From the IMG/VR virus record IMGVR_UViG_3300042544_001941: a stretch of 64,000 bases of DNA. One strand, 5' to 3'. Below the pieces are notes generated by a model. It had not been told where the DNA came from. It ran no database searches and saw only the letters and a list, made by a program, of their open reading frames with translations. This document shows positions 47,865-58,432 of the stretch, one piece after another. The stretch comes from a virus. Within the stretch, counting starts at the first letter, position 1; each line of letters starts with the position of its first letter. A program made the translations under genes and the position numbers.

Positions 47865-48320
47865 ATGGCGTTAACATCATATGGAATTGACTATCCATTT
47901 AGAGATAGTAGATACGGAGATTACTTAAAAACCACCGAGTCTCCACAGAGAGAAGTGAGAGCTAATCTCATACACCTACTTTTAACAAGAAAGGGTACGA
48001 GATATTACTTACCTGACTTTGGTACGAGGTTATATGAATACATATTTGAACAAAATGATGTGGTAACATTCAACCATATTGAGGAGGAGATTCGTGAGGG
48101 TATAAGAAAATTTATACCAAATGTAGAAATCAAATCTTTAAACATAATGTCAGCGGAAAATGACCCTGATGAAACAAAAACGTATACACAAGACGAAGAC
48201 GAAAGATTGTTTAGGGTTTCTGATTATTCGAGTAAACCTTATACGGCTAAAGTTAAACTTGATTATACAGTAAATAACGGAGCATTTTCAGTATCAGACT
48301 TTATAATTATTAACATATAA
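47865..48320 (+). CDS. Baseplate wedge subunit (gp25/GPW-like)
   Basis: GIDYPF, VRANLIHLLLTRKGTRYYLPDFGTRLYEYIFE and IRKFIPNVEI. Confidence 0.92.
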   Translation: MALTSYGIDYPFRDSRYGDYLKTTESPQREVRANLIHLLLTRKGTRYYLPDFGTRLYEYIFEQNDVVTFNHIEEEIREGIRKFIPNVEIKSLNIMSAENDPDETKTYTQDEDERLFRVSDYSSKPYTAKVKLDYTVNNGAFSVSDFIIINI

Positions 48321-48321
48321 A

Positions 48322-50151
48322 ATGGCAAAAGAAATATCATACGCAACAAGAGATTTTGCAGGTTTAAGAGACGAATTAGTTTCATTAACTAAAAAGTATT
48401 ATCCAGAATTAATAAGTAACTTTAACGATGCATCAATTTATTCAGTATTACTTGATTTAAATGCTGCGGTTGCTGATAACTTACATTTCCATATAGATAG
48501 AGTTTGGCAGGAAACGATGTTGGACTTTGCACAACAAAGACAATCATTATTTCATATTGCAAAAACTTATGGTATCAGACTACCTGGTTTAAGACCATCA
48601 GTTGCATTATGTGACTTCTCAATTAACGTTCCTGTTAGAGGTGATAAAGATGACGAAAGATATGAGGGTATTCTAAAAGCGGGTGCACAAGTTTCGGGTG
48701 GAGGACAAATATTTGAAACTCTTGAAGATATTGATTTTTCAAATCCTTTCAATAGTAAAGGTGAACCTAATAGATTAAAGATTCCAAATTTTGATAACAA
48801 TAGTAAATTAATATCATATACAATTACCAAAAGAGAGGCAGTTGTAAATGGAACTACTAAAATTTATAGAAGAGTTATCAATGAAGTTGACCAAAAACCA
48901 TTCTTAAAACTGTACTTACCTGAGAAAAACGTATTGGGTGTTGTTAGTGTAATTCATAAATCGGGAACAAACTACGCAAGTAACCCTACATATGATGAAT
49001 TCACAAACGGAAATAAATGGTATGAAGTTAAATCATTAATGGAAGATAGAGTTTTTATTGAGGACGCAACTACCATTTCAGATACAGATAATTTTAAATC
49101 TGGTGATTACCTTAGAGTTGATAATAAATTTATTACTGAGTATACACCTGAAGGTTATTTCAGTGTTACTTTCGGTTCAGGAAATGTAGACCCAATGGAT
49201 AATTTGGATAACTATATGAACGGAACAATGAAAGTTAATATTGCAACTTTCCTTAATAACAACTCATTGGGTAACATACCAAGAGCAAATACTACATTAT
49301 TCATCAAATATCGTATAGGTGGTGGTAAAGAGTCAAATCTTGGGGTTAATGTAATAACATCGATAGACACAATTGATTTTGCGTTGAACGGACCGAACTC
49401 AACGATAAATGACCAAGTATATCAATCATTGAGAGTTACGAATATTACACCTGCTGTAGGTGGTGCAGATTCACCAACCATAGAAGAGATTAGAAATATG
49501 GTCGCATATAACTTTGCAGCACAAAATAGAGCGGTAACATTAAATGACTACAAATCTTTAATTGAAACGATGCCGTCAACTTACGGAGCACCGGCTAAGG
49601 TTAGTGTGATGGAAGAAGACAACAAAGTGAGAATTAAATTATTATCATACGATAGTGAAGGTAATTTAACAGATATTGTATCTAACACACTCAAGAATAA
49701 CGTATTGAACTATTTGTCTAAATTTAGAATGTTAAATGACTTCTTAGATATTATGAGTGGTGAGGTTATCGACTTAGGATTAGAGGTTGATTTGGTTGTA
49801 AATAAAAACGAAAGTCAAAGCGATGTATTAAAAGAAACTGTTAATACTGTAACAAACTTCTTTGCAATCGACAAAAGAAAAATGGGAGACCCATTGTTTG
49901 TTGGTGACTTAATGAGAGAAATCGGTAACGTAACAGGGGTTGTGAACGTCGTGGATGTTAGAGTATTCAACAAAATCGGTGGAAAGTATTCATCAGCCGA
50001 AATATCCCAAGCTTACAAGGATAATATCACAAAAGAAATATTACAATTTGATTCGACCATATATATGAAATCAAATCAGATTTGTCAAATCCGATTCCCA
50101 CAAAGTGATATTAAAGTAAGAGTAAAAACTTTAACTTCGGCTACATATTAA
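48322..50151 (+). CDS. Baseplate wedge subunit (gp6 / baseplate J-like)
   Basis: YATRDF, AKTYG, YRIGGG..SN, AVGGAD...IEEIR and QNRAVTLNDY. Confidence 0.9.
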   Translation: MAKEISYATRDFAGLRDELVSLTKKYYPELISNFNDASIYSVLLDLNAAVADNLHFHIDRVWQETMLDFAQQRQSLFHIAKTYGIRLPGLRPSVALCDFSINVPVRGDKDDERYEGILKAGAQVSGGGQIFETLEDIDFSNPFNSKGEPNRLKIPNFDNNSKLISYTITKREAVVNGTTKIYRRVINEVDQKPFLKLYLPEKNVLGVVSVIHKSGTNYASNPTYDEFTNGNKWYEVKSLMEDRVFIEDATTISDTDNFKSGDYLRVDNKFITEYTPEGYFSVTFGSGNVDPMDNLDNYMNGTMKVNIATFLNNNSLGNIPRANTTLFIKYRIGGGKESNLGVNVITSIDTIDFALNGPNSTINDQVYQSLRVTNITPAVGGADSPTIEEIRNMVAYNFAAQNRAVTLNDYKSLIETMPSTYGAPAKVSVMEEDNKVRIKLLSYDSEGNLTDIVSNTLKNNVLNYLSKFRMLNDFLDIMSGEVIDLGLEVDLVVNKNESQSDVLKETVNTVTNFFAIDKRKMGDPLFVGDLMREIGNVTGVVNVVDVRVFNKIGGKYSSAEISQAYKDNITKEILQFDSTIYMKSNQICQIRFPQSDIKVRVKTLTSATY

Positions 50152-50204
50152 TTTGTTTTTTAGTTATCTTATAAGAAAACCATTGAGTTTCTATTTATTA
50201 TAAG

Positions 50205-53200
50205 ATGATGCAAAAACATAGAATTCATACCAACATTGGAGAAGACCAATACATTAAATTTGAAGTCAAACAAGATTTCGATTTATTGGAATTGTTGTCT
50301 TTAAAATTATCCCAAAGGGATGTATACACATCGTTATGTGCTGACTATGGTGTTGTTTGTGGTAGACTTACCGTAAATAATGGTTTTGGAGTACCAAATG
50401 CACGAGTTTCAATTTTCGTACCGTTAGACGATGACGATGTAAATGACCCTGTAATATCGGCGTTATACCCATATACTGAAGTTTCAGTTAAAGACGATAA
50501 TCATTATCGATACAATTTATTACCTGCAAGAAGACAACACAGCGGACACGCAGCAACAGGAACATTCCCTGACCAAACAGATATTTTAGACAGAGAGGAA
50601 GTTTTAGAGGTGTATGAAAAATATTACAAGTACACCGTAAAAACAAATAATGCGGGTGACTTTATGATTTGGGGAGTACCATTGGGTGAACAAATCATAG
50701 TGTGTGACGTGGATTTGTCAGATATTAGTTGTTTCTCATTAAGACCAGATGATTACTTAAGAAAAGGTTTTGGGTTAGAGGAATTTAAATCTGCTTTTGA
50801 ATTTAAATCTAGTGTAGATATTGATTCACTTCCACAAATTAAAACATTTAGAAAAACCATCGAGGTTTATCCTTTTTGGGGTTCTGAAGATTTATGTGAA
50901 ATTGGTTTAACAAGAACCGATTTTGATTTATCAGACCAAGGAGTTAAAATTGAACCAAAGGCTTATCTTATTGGGGGAACATATACTGACGGTAGGGCGG
51001 GAGTCAAAGCAAATTGTAGTATCAAAAGAGATAGTAACAAAAAATGTGATTTAACGACAAAGGCAGGTAAAATAGAAATGATTCGTTTTACTGCAGAATA
51101 CGACTCCAACAACAGACCGATTTTAGAAGTATATGATGTAAAAGAAGATATTACCGATGACGGTTCATTTATTGTGTCATTACCAATGAATATGGATTTT
51201 GTTTATACAAATGAATTTGGTGAGAATGAATATTCCAATGACCCAAACAAAGGTATCCCAACATCAGGATGTTATCGTTTTAGATTTACAACACAACAAC
51301 AAGGTACCGCTCAAATATTAGTACCTAACATTAGAGAGTACAGTACAAACATAGACAAGTCATACGCTTGGTCTAATGATTATAGTGATTACCCATCAGA
51401 AGCATTAAGTTTAATACTAAACACATCTGATGGATTTTATGTACCACAAGACTATTTTTATAGATTTACATATAATAAAGTTTTTACAGTATCATCATTT
51501 CATAATTCGTTTTTTAAAAATTCAATATCAACTCTTTCAGGTCAATTATTAGGAATAAAAGAAATTGCACCTCCAAGAGAAGCTGATTGTGAATCTTCAG
51601 TTGTAACACCGCCGGTTAATTTTGGTTTTAGAAATTACACGGTTAAATTATTAATTGCTGATATATTATTATTCTTTGAACAGTTAGCTACAGTATCCGG
51701 TTTTATTTTTAATAATACAATAGCCAAAATTTTTCATAGATTTTCAGATGCTACGAATTTTTGGCCGATTAAGTCTGTTAGTAGAGCGTTAAGAAGATAT
51801 GCTTACGGAATCCAAGATGGTGGACAAAGAGAATTATTTTTAATTGATTACCCTTCTTGCCTTGAATGTAATAAAGATAATGAATATGGTACTGTAGGTG
51901 GTTTAGGAAATGCAATTGATTATTGTGAGGTTGGTACAGTAACAATTCAGGGTTCATCTACGGAAAGTCCAAGAACTGTAACTGCAAGTAATTTTACTTT
52001 CTCAAACCCCGACCTTACAGGAATATGTTCAGGAGCAACAGTTCCAAGTGACATAACAAATTTTTTAAATAATCAAACAAATTATATTTTAACAACAAGT
52101 AGTAATGGTGTTCTTTTAACTGGTACCACTATTTTTACGTCAGGAGCAACAATAACTTTTAATGATGTCTCGGGATTATTCAATGAGACGATAACATACA
52201 CCGCAATAATTAGAGATAAAAATGCATCTTCGGTTGAATCAACCACGACTGAAATATTAGAAGAGGGTTGTGCAATTTATGACACACCATATGACGAATC
52301 TTTAGTTCAGAAATATTATGTCGCACCAAATAGAACCGAAAAAACACCGTTACAATATACTGCTGGTATGGATGTACAGGCTACCTTAATATCAGACGTT
52401 GATAGTAGTAATAAACCACTACCAACAATATATGACGGAGAAACATATACACCAAGAACACCATCAGGACAATCTGAATTTACTAATGGTGTTTTTTATA
52501 TGATTCCTGGTACTATGTCAAATCGTAGGGTGGTTAACATAATGAAAGAATATAGAAGACGTAGACGTATGTCTAAATTATTTTGTTCGGGAGTGGTAAA
52601 CTATTCATTCGTGGATAATTGGTTATCAGGTTCTTTATATTTCTTTACATTTGAAACACAAAAAAGATTTTTATTTTGGTCCAAATCGGCTTGTTGTGAA
52701 GAACTAATTAGAAGAACAGTACAAACTAATTTAGAAACAAACCAAAGTGAATCACATTATTATTATAGGGCAACACCATATAATAACGGCACAGGTGTTT
52801 GGGGAGTATCATTTAATGGTTCTAAAAAAAGAATTAACAGACCAACAACTATTGTTGATTTAGGACCAAGAGATGAATTCATTAGAGAAATTTGTGTAGA
52901 CCCTAATCTTGACCCTAATTGTTCGGTATCTAGAGAAATAGGACCAACTTCATATCAAGATTTTGGTGAGATTCTTGGTATGGCAATTAACTATAGAATG
53001 GATGTTAGTAATGCTAATTTTGATTTAAAAAATTTCTTTGACAATAATGGATTTTATACTAACGGAATAAGAAGTGCGTTCGACGGAGATTTGTTACAAT
53101 TAATATCAATTAACAATGAAGTGGGTATAGAAAAGTTTGATTTACAAAGCCCAAAATATATTGGATATAGTTACCAAATATTAGACCCTGAATTATACCC

Positions 53201-53951
53201 TGATGTTTTTAAAAGAAACGGAGTTTGGGGACCACTACCAATCACTATGGAATTTTCCGAAGATGGTGAAAGAGTAAGAGCTTGTTTAAATGAACCAACA
53301 CATATCGCGAATGATGGAGTAACACAAATCCAAGGTCGATTAACTGAATCATCACAACCGGTACCATTTTTCTTATGGGATAAAAAAGGTACAGGATTTG
53401 GTTCATATAATACCGAAACTCTTGATGACCAATCTTGGGACATTTCAAATGTTCAAGTACAACCTTTACAAGGTATGACATATGCATATAATGTGACAGG
53501 AACCACTGATGATTCATCAGACAAATATTTGCTATTACCAATAACTTATGATTTTACAGGAACCTCAGTATCAACACTTAATGTTGTTGACGATGAAGGG
53601 TTTGCTTACGACGCTGTTATTTCAGGAATCACAGGAAACGAATATCATCAATACGATTCACAATATCCAGGATATACTGTTTTACAAGTAACTTCAGGAA
53701 CATTGGCTAATCCATCTTCAGGAACTTTATATACTCGTTATGGTAACGCCGGAACTTGGGATGGAATTCCTTGGACAACATCTACAGATTTCTTCATTAG
53801 AAGAACACAAGATTATTATAGTGGAAATAAACAAATCCTATCAACTCCATTTATGTTTCACTTTGGATTAAAACCTGGTAAAACTGGTCTCGATAAATTT
53901 ATTGATAGGTTTGGACCTAAGGGTGCATTTAAATCAACAGACTTAACGTAA
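50205..53951 (+). CDS. Large virion structural protein (N-terminal carboxypeptidase-regulatory-like beta domain)
   Basis: GVVCGRL....GFGVPNARVSIF...KTNNAGDFMIWGVPLG; late motif at 50192-50199; rich in Cys and S/T-G-x-T. Confidence 0.6.
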   Translation: MMQKHRIHTNIGEDQYIKFEVKQDFDLLELLSLKLSQRDVYTSLCADYGVVCGRLTVNNGFGVPNARVSIFVPLDDDDVNDPVISALYPYTEVSVKDDNHYRYNLLPARRQHSGHAATGTFPDQTDILDREEVLEVYEKYYKYTVKTNNAGDFMIWGVPLGEQIIVCDVDLSDISCFSLRPDDYLRKGFGLEEFKSAFEFKSSVDIDSLPQIKTFRKTIEVYPFWGSEDLCEIGLTRTDFDLSDQGVKIEPKAYLIGGTYTDGRAGVKANCSIKRDSNKKCDLTTKAGKIEMIRFTAEYDSNNRPILEVYDVKEDITDDGSFIVSLPMNMDFVYTNEFGENEYSNDPNKGIPTSGCYRFRFTTQQQGTAQILVPNIREYSTNIDKSYAWSNDYSDYPSEALSLILNTSDGFYVPQDYFYRFTYNKVFTVSSFHNSFFKNSISTLSGQLLGIKEIAPPREADCESSVVTPPVNFGFRNYTVKLLIADILLFFEQLATVSGFIFNNTIAKIFHRFSDATNFWPIKSVSRALRRYAYGIQDGGQRELFLIDYPSCLECNKDNEYGTVGGLGNAIDYCEVGTVTIQGSSTESPRTVTASNFTFSNPDLTGICSGATVPSDITNFLNNQTNYILTTSSNGVLLTGTTIFTSGATITFNDVSGLFNETITYTAIIRDKNASSVESTTTEILEEGCAIYDTPYDESLVQKYYVAPNRTEKTPLQYTAGMDVQATLISDVDSSNKPLPTIYDGETYTPRTPSGQSEFTNGVFYMIPGTMSNRRVVNIMKEYRRRRRMSKLFCSGVVNYSFVDNWLSGSLYFFTFETQKRFLFWSKSACCEELIRRTVQTNLETNQSESHYYYRATPYNNGTGVWGVSFNGSKKRINRPTTIVDLGPRDEFIREICVDPNLDPNCSVSREIGPTSYQDFGEILGMAINYRMDVSNANFDLKNFFDNNGFYTNGIRSAFDGDLLQLISINNEVGIEKFDLQSPKYIGYSYQILDPELYPDVFKRNGVWGPLPITMEFSEDGERVRACLNEPTHIANDGVTQIQGRLTESSQPVPFFLWDKKGTGFGSYNTETLDDQSWDISNVQVQPLQGMTYAYNVTGTTDDSSDKYLLLPITYDFTGTSVSTLNVVDDEGFAYDAVISGITGNEYHQYDSQYPGYTVLQVTSGTLANPSSGTLYTRYGNAGTWDGIPWTTSTDFFIRRTQDYYSGNKQILSTPFMFHFGLKPGKTGLDKFIDRFGPKGAFKSTDLT

Positions 53952-55750
53952 TGGAAAAGAGAAAAATTATATTACCCGAAAAAAGGTTTCACAAAGCATC
54001 TTCCGAAGACCAAATCCTTCAAGTTAATTTTGAGGAAGGTAAGAGTTTATTAACTAATGATGATAGAGATATTATTTTAGATATTAATGAATTATTTGGT
54101 CAAGAAAGAAATGATAGTAAAAGATATAAGTTGTATGGTAAAATAAAGATGGTGTTCAGAAATATGTACAGCGGATTATCAAGTTATCTTCCATTGTCTG
54201 AAGAGTTAGCACTAGTTGGTGATGGTGATGACGGAGAATTCGATGGTTACTTACCATATAACGAATTCGCGTTTTTAAGAAATGATGTGTACAGAGAAAA
54301 ACCTAACGATATAGATGTTTCAGACTTAAGTACATTTACAGGAATCACCGTAACAAAGACAGGAGACATAAGTCATCAATTGATTACACCAATGAATGCT
54401 CCATATCACAATTGGAACATTCACGTATCATATGTGTACGACCACGATGAAAACTATCCGATGAAGTATACTTTATCGGGAAATACAATATTAAGTTTTG
54501 TTAGTGGTAATGGTATACCATTTAGAATTACTGACAACAATGCAAGTTATAGATTAACAAGTCCTGTTGACCACGGAATGAGTGAAGGTGAATTTATTAT
54601 ATTAAATGGATATCCATATTATATAAATTCAATTGGTAATGAATATTATAATTCTGAATTATATGTTTTAGATATTTTAAAATCTCAAATACCATCAGGC
54701 ACTACAACATTTAATAATACTTTAATTACAGGTAAAAGATGCATCGATACCAAAAACATTTCAGGAACAACATCAACTTACTATGTACATAAACATAAAA
54801 CGGCAACTAATTCTGCGGATTACATTTTAGATAAGGCAGGATTTGAAAGTCCAATATTTGAAGACGAAAGAAAATTAGTTTTTGAAAACATATCAGGAGC
54901 TAACGATGTGTTGGTTGAAAGAAATAGAATGGAATCAGTTCTTTATGATTTTAAAGAACCATTCGTTTTAACAGGACTAACCAACAATTTAAATTATGAA
55001 CCTACAGATTTATATGTAACAATATTATTTAGAAATGGTAATGGTTATTTTGACTATCCACCAAAGGTAGGTTGGAAATTTAATTTACATAATACTTGGA
55101 TTGATAATCATTTTAACGGTTCAAATAAAACTCAACCACCGTATGAGTCTGGTTTAGGATTAGGTACATCATTTACTAAAAGTGGAATCACATTCACTAG
55201 TGGAAATACAATACCTGTTGGTACAGTATTAACAGGTGCATTTATAGAGTATAATCCATCGACAATAAAGGAAAGAGTTATTTCAGAATCAATGTATAGG
55301 TTAACAAACCCAACAAACATTTTCAATTTTAACCAATCAGTTACAGTCGAAGGGTTTTCAGGAGCAACCTCAACAAATATGTACGGAGTGTTATATCAAC
55401 CACATTATCGAGTTAAAATTAGAGAACTATCTCCTTATATTGAAACATCATCAACACCCGATATTGAAAATCTACCACAAAACGCAAGATACTTCCCGTT
55501 TGAGAATGTGTGGAAATGGAGAGATGTGTACGATTATGGATATTCAGACGACTTAGGATTCGGTGTAGACTATCCGTTTCTTAACAACACACACTATGTT
55601 AGGAACGATATTAATTTCTATATGAGAAATGAAAAAAATTACCAACATAAAGCTGACGGTATTTTTGATTTTAACGCATTTATCAATAGATATAATAATA
55701 AAAATAACAGATTAGATAGAAATAATTCAAACACAAGTAAAAATTGTTAA
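53951..55750 (+). CDS. Virion structural protein (baseplate region)
   Basis: 599-aa ORF, TAATG-coupled, in the structural operon. Confidence 0.65.
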   Translation: MEKRKIILPEKRFHKASSEDQILQVNFEEGKSLLTNDDRDIILDINELFGQERNDSKRYKLYGKIKMVFRNMYSGLSSYLPLSEELALVGDGDDGEFDGYLPYNEFAFLRNDVYREKPNDIDVSDLSTFTGITVTKTGDISHQLITPMNAPYHNWNIHVSYVYDHDENYPMKYTLSGNTILSFVSGNGIPFRITDNNASYRLTSPVDHGMSEGEFIILNGYPYYINSIGNEYYNSELYVLDILKSQIPSGTTTFNNTLITGKRCIDTKNISGTTSTYYVHKHKTATNSADYILDKAGFESPIFEDERKLVFENISGANDVLVERNRMESVLYDFKEPFVLTGLTNNLNYEPTDLYVTILFRNGNGYFDYPPKVGWKFNLHNTWIDNHFNGSNKTQPPYESGLGLGTSFTKSGITFTSGNTIPVGTVLTGAFIEYNPSTIKERVISESMYRLTNPTNIFNFNQSVTVEGFSGATSTNMYGVLYQPHYRVKIRELSPYIETSSTPDIENLPQNARYFPFENVWKWRDVYDYGYSDDLGFGVDYPFLNNTHYVRNDINFYMRNEKNYQHKADGIFDFNAFINRYNNKNNRLDRNNSNTSKNC

Positions 55751-56556
55751 TGAAAGTTTTAAAAAACATTAGAGATAATATATTTTTTAATTTAGAAACC
55801 AACTTTAAACCTGATTTAGGAAGAGAAGATGCGTTAGAACAATTTGAAAATGAAACAGTAAGGACAATCATTAATCCGGTTGATAATTACGAAACTATGA
55901 GGTTTATACATAAACCTTATTCTGGCATCACATCACATTCTACCGACACTCAATCAGACATTTGGTTTTATTTTTATTTCTATAATCAAAGTGGAACACA
56001 TAGTGGTGGGTTAGACTATTCCTTAATTGGTATTGACCATAAGGAAAATGCACAACAATTAATTCACACAACTAAATCGTTTTTTAGATTGGAATTTTTT
56101 ATCGTTCCTGACGGAGAAAATCCCGACAGAACAAATAGAAAATTAGTTTTTGCTAAAAATCTTTCATTACCGTTAGGTGAGAAAGTTTTTTACACAGGAT
56201 TCAATGATTATATAAGTGTACCAATATTCAACGGTTCAAATTACAGAAATAAAGAAAATATGTACCTGTTTTGGTTCCAAGACGACGACGCGTTCAGAGG
56301 AACTATGTTAACAGGAACAACATTCTATATGACAGCTAGATTTTTTAATGGTGAAGATGGAACAGTTTTAAACTTTTCAAACACATCATTGGCAACTAAC
56401 GCTTCAGTTTTAGAGTATAGAGATTTATATTATAAGGTAACCATAGACAGGACGGATTATTCTTATCAGGTGTTTAGATATTCAGGAACCACAGGAACCA
56501 GAATTGGTGAATCGGGAGACCCCATAAAATTTTATGAAATAGTATCTGGAGGATAA
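55750..56556 (+). CDS. Virion structural protein (baseplate region)
   Basis: ATG at 55750 overlaps the previous stop (TAATG); aromatic and beta-rich. Confidence 0.65.
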   Translation: MKVLKNIRDNIFFNLETNFKPDLGREDALEQFENETVRTIINPVDNYETMRFIHKPYSGITSHSTDTQSDIWFYFYFYNQSGTHSGGLDYSLIGIDHKENAQQLIHTTKSFFRLEFFIVPDGENPDRTNRKLVFAKNLSLPLGEKVFYTGFNDYISVPIFNGSNYRNKENMYLFWFQDDDAFRGTMLTGTTFYMTARFFNGEDGTVLNFSNTSLATNASVLEYRDLYYKVTIDRTDYSYQVFRYSGTTGTRIGESGDPIKFYEIVSGG

Positions 56557-57494
56557 TGAATAAAGTAACACATACCATATTAAAAACCACAACAGGTCAA
56601 ACTTTTAATTTACCACTATTTTTAGAACAAAGTATTAAGGATTTGGGAATTATGATTGGGTTTGATGGTGATATTAGTCAAACACAACAGATATGTAATT
56701 TCACATATAAGGGAACCTCAAGTACAGTTACCATTTACAATACCGTAAACACAACAAGATATGGTGCATTAATTGATGCAATCTTTACAGTTAAATGGGG
56801 AGACGGTGCAACAAGTACACTTACAATGCCGGTTATGAATATCGACAACGTGAGTTTACCAAGTGCATCACACACGTATTCAAGTAATGGAACATATGTT
56901 ATTGAAGTTACTGTAAATTCTCCTTGGGACGTTAGAAAGGTAAAAAAGACAATAGAAATACCTTTTGTTCAATCTTTTGGATACCCTACCGATTTAGGAG
57001 AACTAACATTTCAAATTCCATATACTGAACCACCAATTTATACGGGACAAACTTATTTACAAGACTATAGAACCTTAACAGGTGCCACTAACAGTACTAC
57101 GGTTACCTTTTTGGGTATTGGTAAAAGTAGAATTGACGAGAAAAAATTATATGGAACAAATGCGGGTTACACAGGGGTAACGGTTACTTCAGAATATTCA
57201 GGATATACAATTGATGGTTTGGTTTATAGAGATTACGAAGATGGGTATACACACATATCAGGAGTGACTTCAGGAACCACACAAACATTTTTCCAAGACG
57301 AAATCTACAATGGAATGATTACAAGAAATGAACATTTTTTAGGATTTGTGGACGACCCACAAATTTTTTCAGATGTTTTTGTTGAAAGAGGACAGATGGG
57401 AGTTATGGAAAGAAACTTCAGATTGACCGAAATGGACAACACAGGAGAATTAGATGTTTATGGAAATGGATATTTTAAAGTACGAAAACAATAA
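56556..57494 (+). CDS. Structural protein with PKD domain
   Basis: FTVKWGDG.......SHTYSSNGTYVIEVTV is the PKD signature. Confidence 0.7.
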   Translation: MNKVTHTILKTTTGQTFNLPLFLEQSIKDLGIMIGFDGDISQTQQICNFTYKGTSSTVTIYNTVNTTRYGALIDAIFTVKWGDGATSTLTMPVMNIDNVSLPSASHTYSSNGTYVIEVTVNSPWDVRKVKKTIEIPFVQSFGYPTDLGELTFQIPYTEPPIYTGQTYLQDYRTLTGATNSTTVTFLGIGKSRIDEKKLYGTNAGYTGVTVTSEYSGYTIDGLVYRDYEDGYTHISGVTSGTTQTFFQDEIYNGMITRNEHFLGFVDDPQIFSDVFVERGQMGVMERNFRLTEMDNTGELDVYGNGYFKVRKQ

Positions 57495-57523
57495 AAATTA
57501 TATTTATAGATAAATAATAAAAG

Positions 57524-58432
57524 ATGGCAGTAGGAAGTTACGGAACTATAAGACCTGCGGACGTTTCACCGGCCGATGTTGATATATATTATCACTTCGT
57601 TTCGGGTAGAACCGCTAGTACAGAAGTTCAATTTGAGAAGATAGATAACTCACAAGATATATTAACACCTGTATTCCACAATGATTCAACAGGTGGTAAT
57701 TCAGGCACTGAACTATTGGGTGGTATGTATAACCTAAAACTAGAATCATCAAGATTCTCTGAGTTGGGTATATATACATTATACTTGAGACCAAAACAAA
57801 TCAGAACAGTTGTTTCTGATTGTGGCGTATTGTCATCATTACCATCGGTTAGAGGATTGATTATTGACATTTCCCAAATCGACGCTGGTGACACTAACAA
57901 ATTCACACCCCAAGGTTTAGTAGGTTACCGAGTTGAGTACTTGGATGATTCAGGTGCTAAGATTCCTAATTTTTTTAGAATTGTTACCTCATCTTTTTAC
58001 TGTGAACCGGTATTATCGAATTTAACAAATTCATCACAAAAAGCAATTAGATACAGATATTCTGATATAACAACAAACTTAATGTTTTTGACATTAACAC
58101 CAAGCTCTTCACCGTCTAGTAGACCTAATACCATACCATTTATTGGTCAACCAAATCAAAATATCATTCTAACAAATACACATTTTAATCCTGTTATGTT
58201 AGAAGTTGAAATGGTAGAACACGATGCAACAACATTGGCACACGCACTTTACGGTAATCAAAGTAAGTCGGTTGTTGATGGAATTTACACGATTTATGAC
58301 CAAAATAATAATATCTATAAGCAGTTTAACTTATACGAAATTAAAGACGATATTAACGAGACACTATACGAAATAAGAGAGAAGAATGATAATATCGACG
58401 AAACATTAAATTTTGATGTTATAACTCAATAA
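57524..58432 (+). CDS. Virion structural protein (baseplate region)
   Basis: 302-aa ORF with late motif at 57501-57508. Confidence 0.65.
   Translation: MAVGSYGTIRPADVSPADVDIYYHFVSGRTASTEVQFEKIDNSQDILTPVFHNDSTGGNSGTELLGGMYNLKLESSRFSELGIYTLYLRPKQIRTVVSDCGVLSSLPSVRGLIIDISQIDAGDTNKFTPQGLVGYRVEYLDDSGAKIPNFFRIVTSSFYCEPVLSNLTNSSQKAIRYRYSDITTNLMFLTLTPSSSPSSRPNTIPFIGQPNQNIILTNTHFNPVMLEVEMVEHDATTLAHALYGNQSKSVVDGIYTIYDQNNNIYKQFNLYEIKDDINETLYEIREKNDNIDETLNFDVITQ

Noticed and set aside
20496-50151. Bacterial contractile injection system or tailocin
   Set aside because: Neck and head-closure genes and a full replication set are interleaved, indicating a genuine phage genome.
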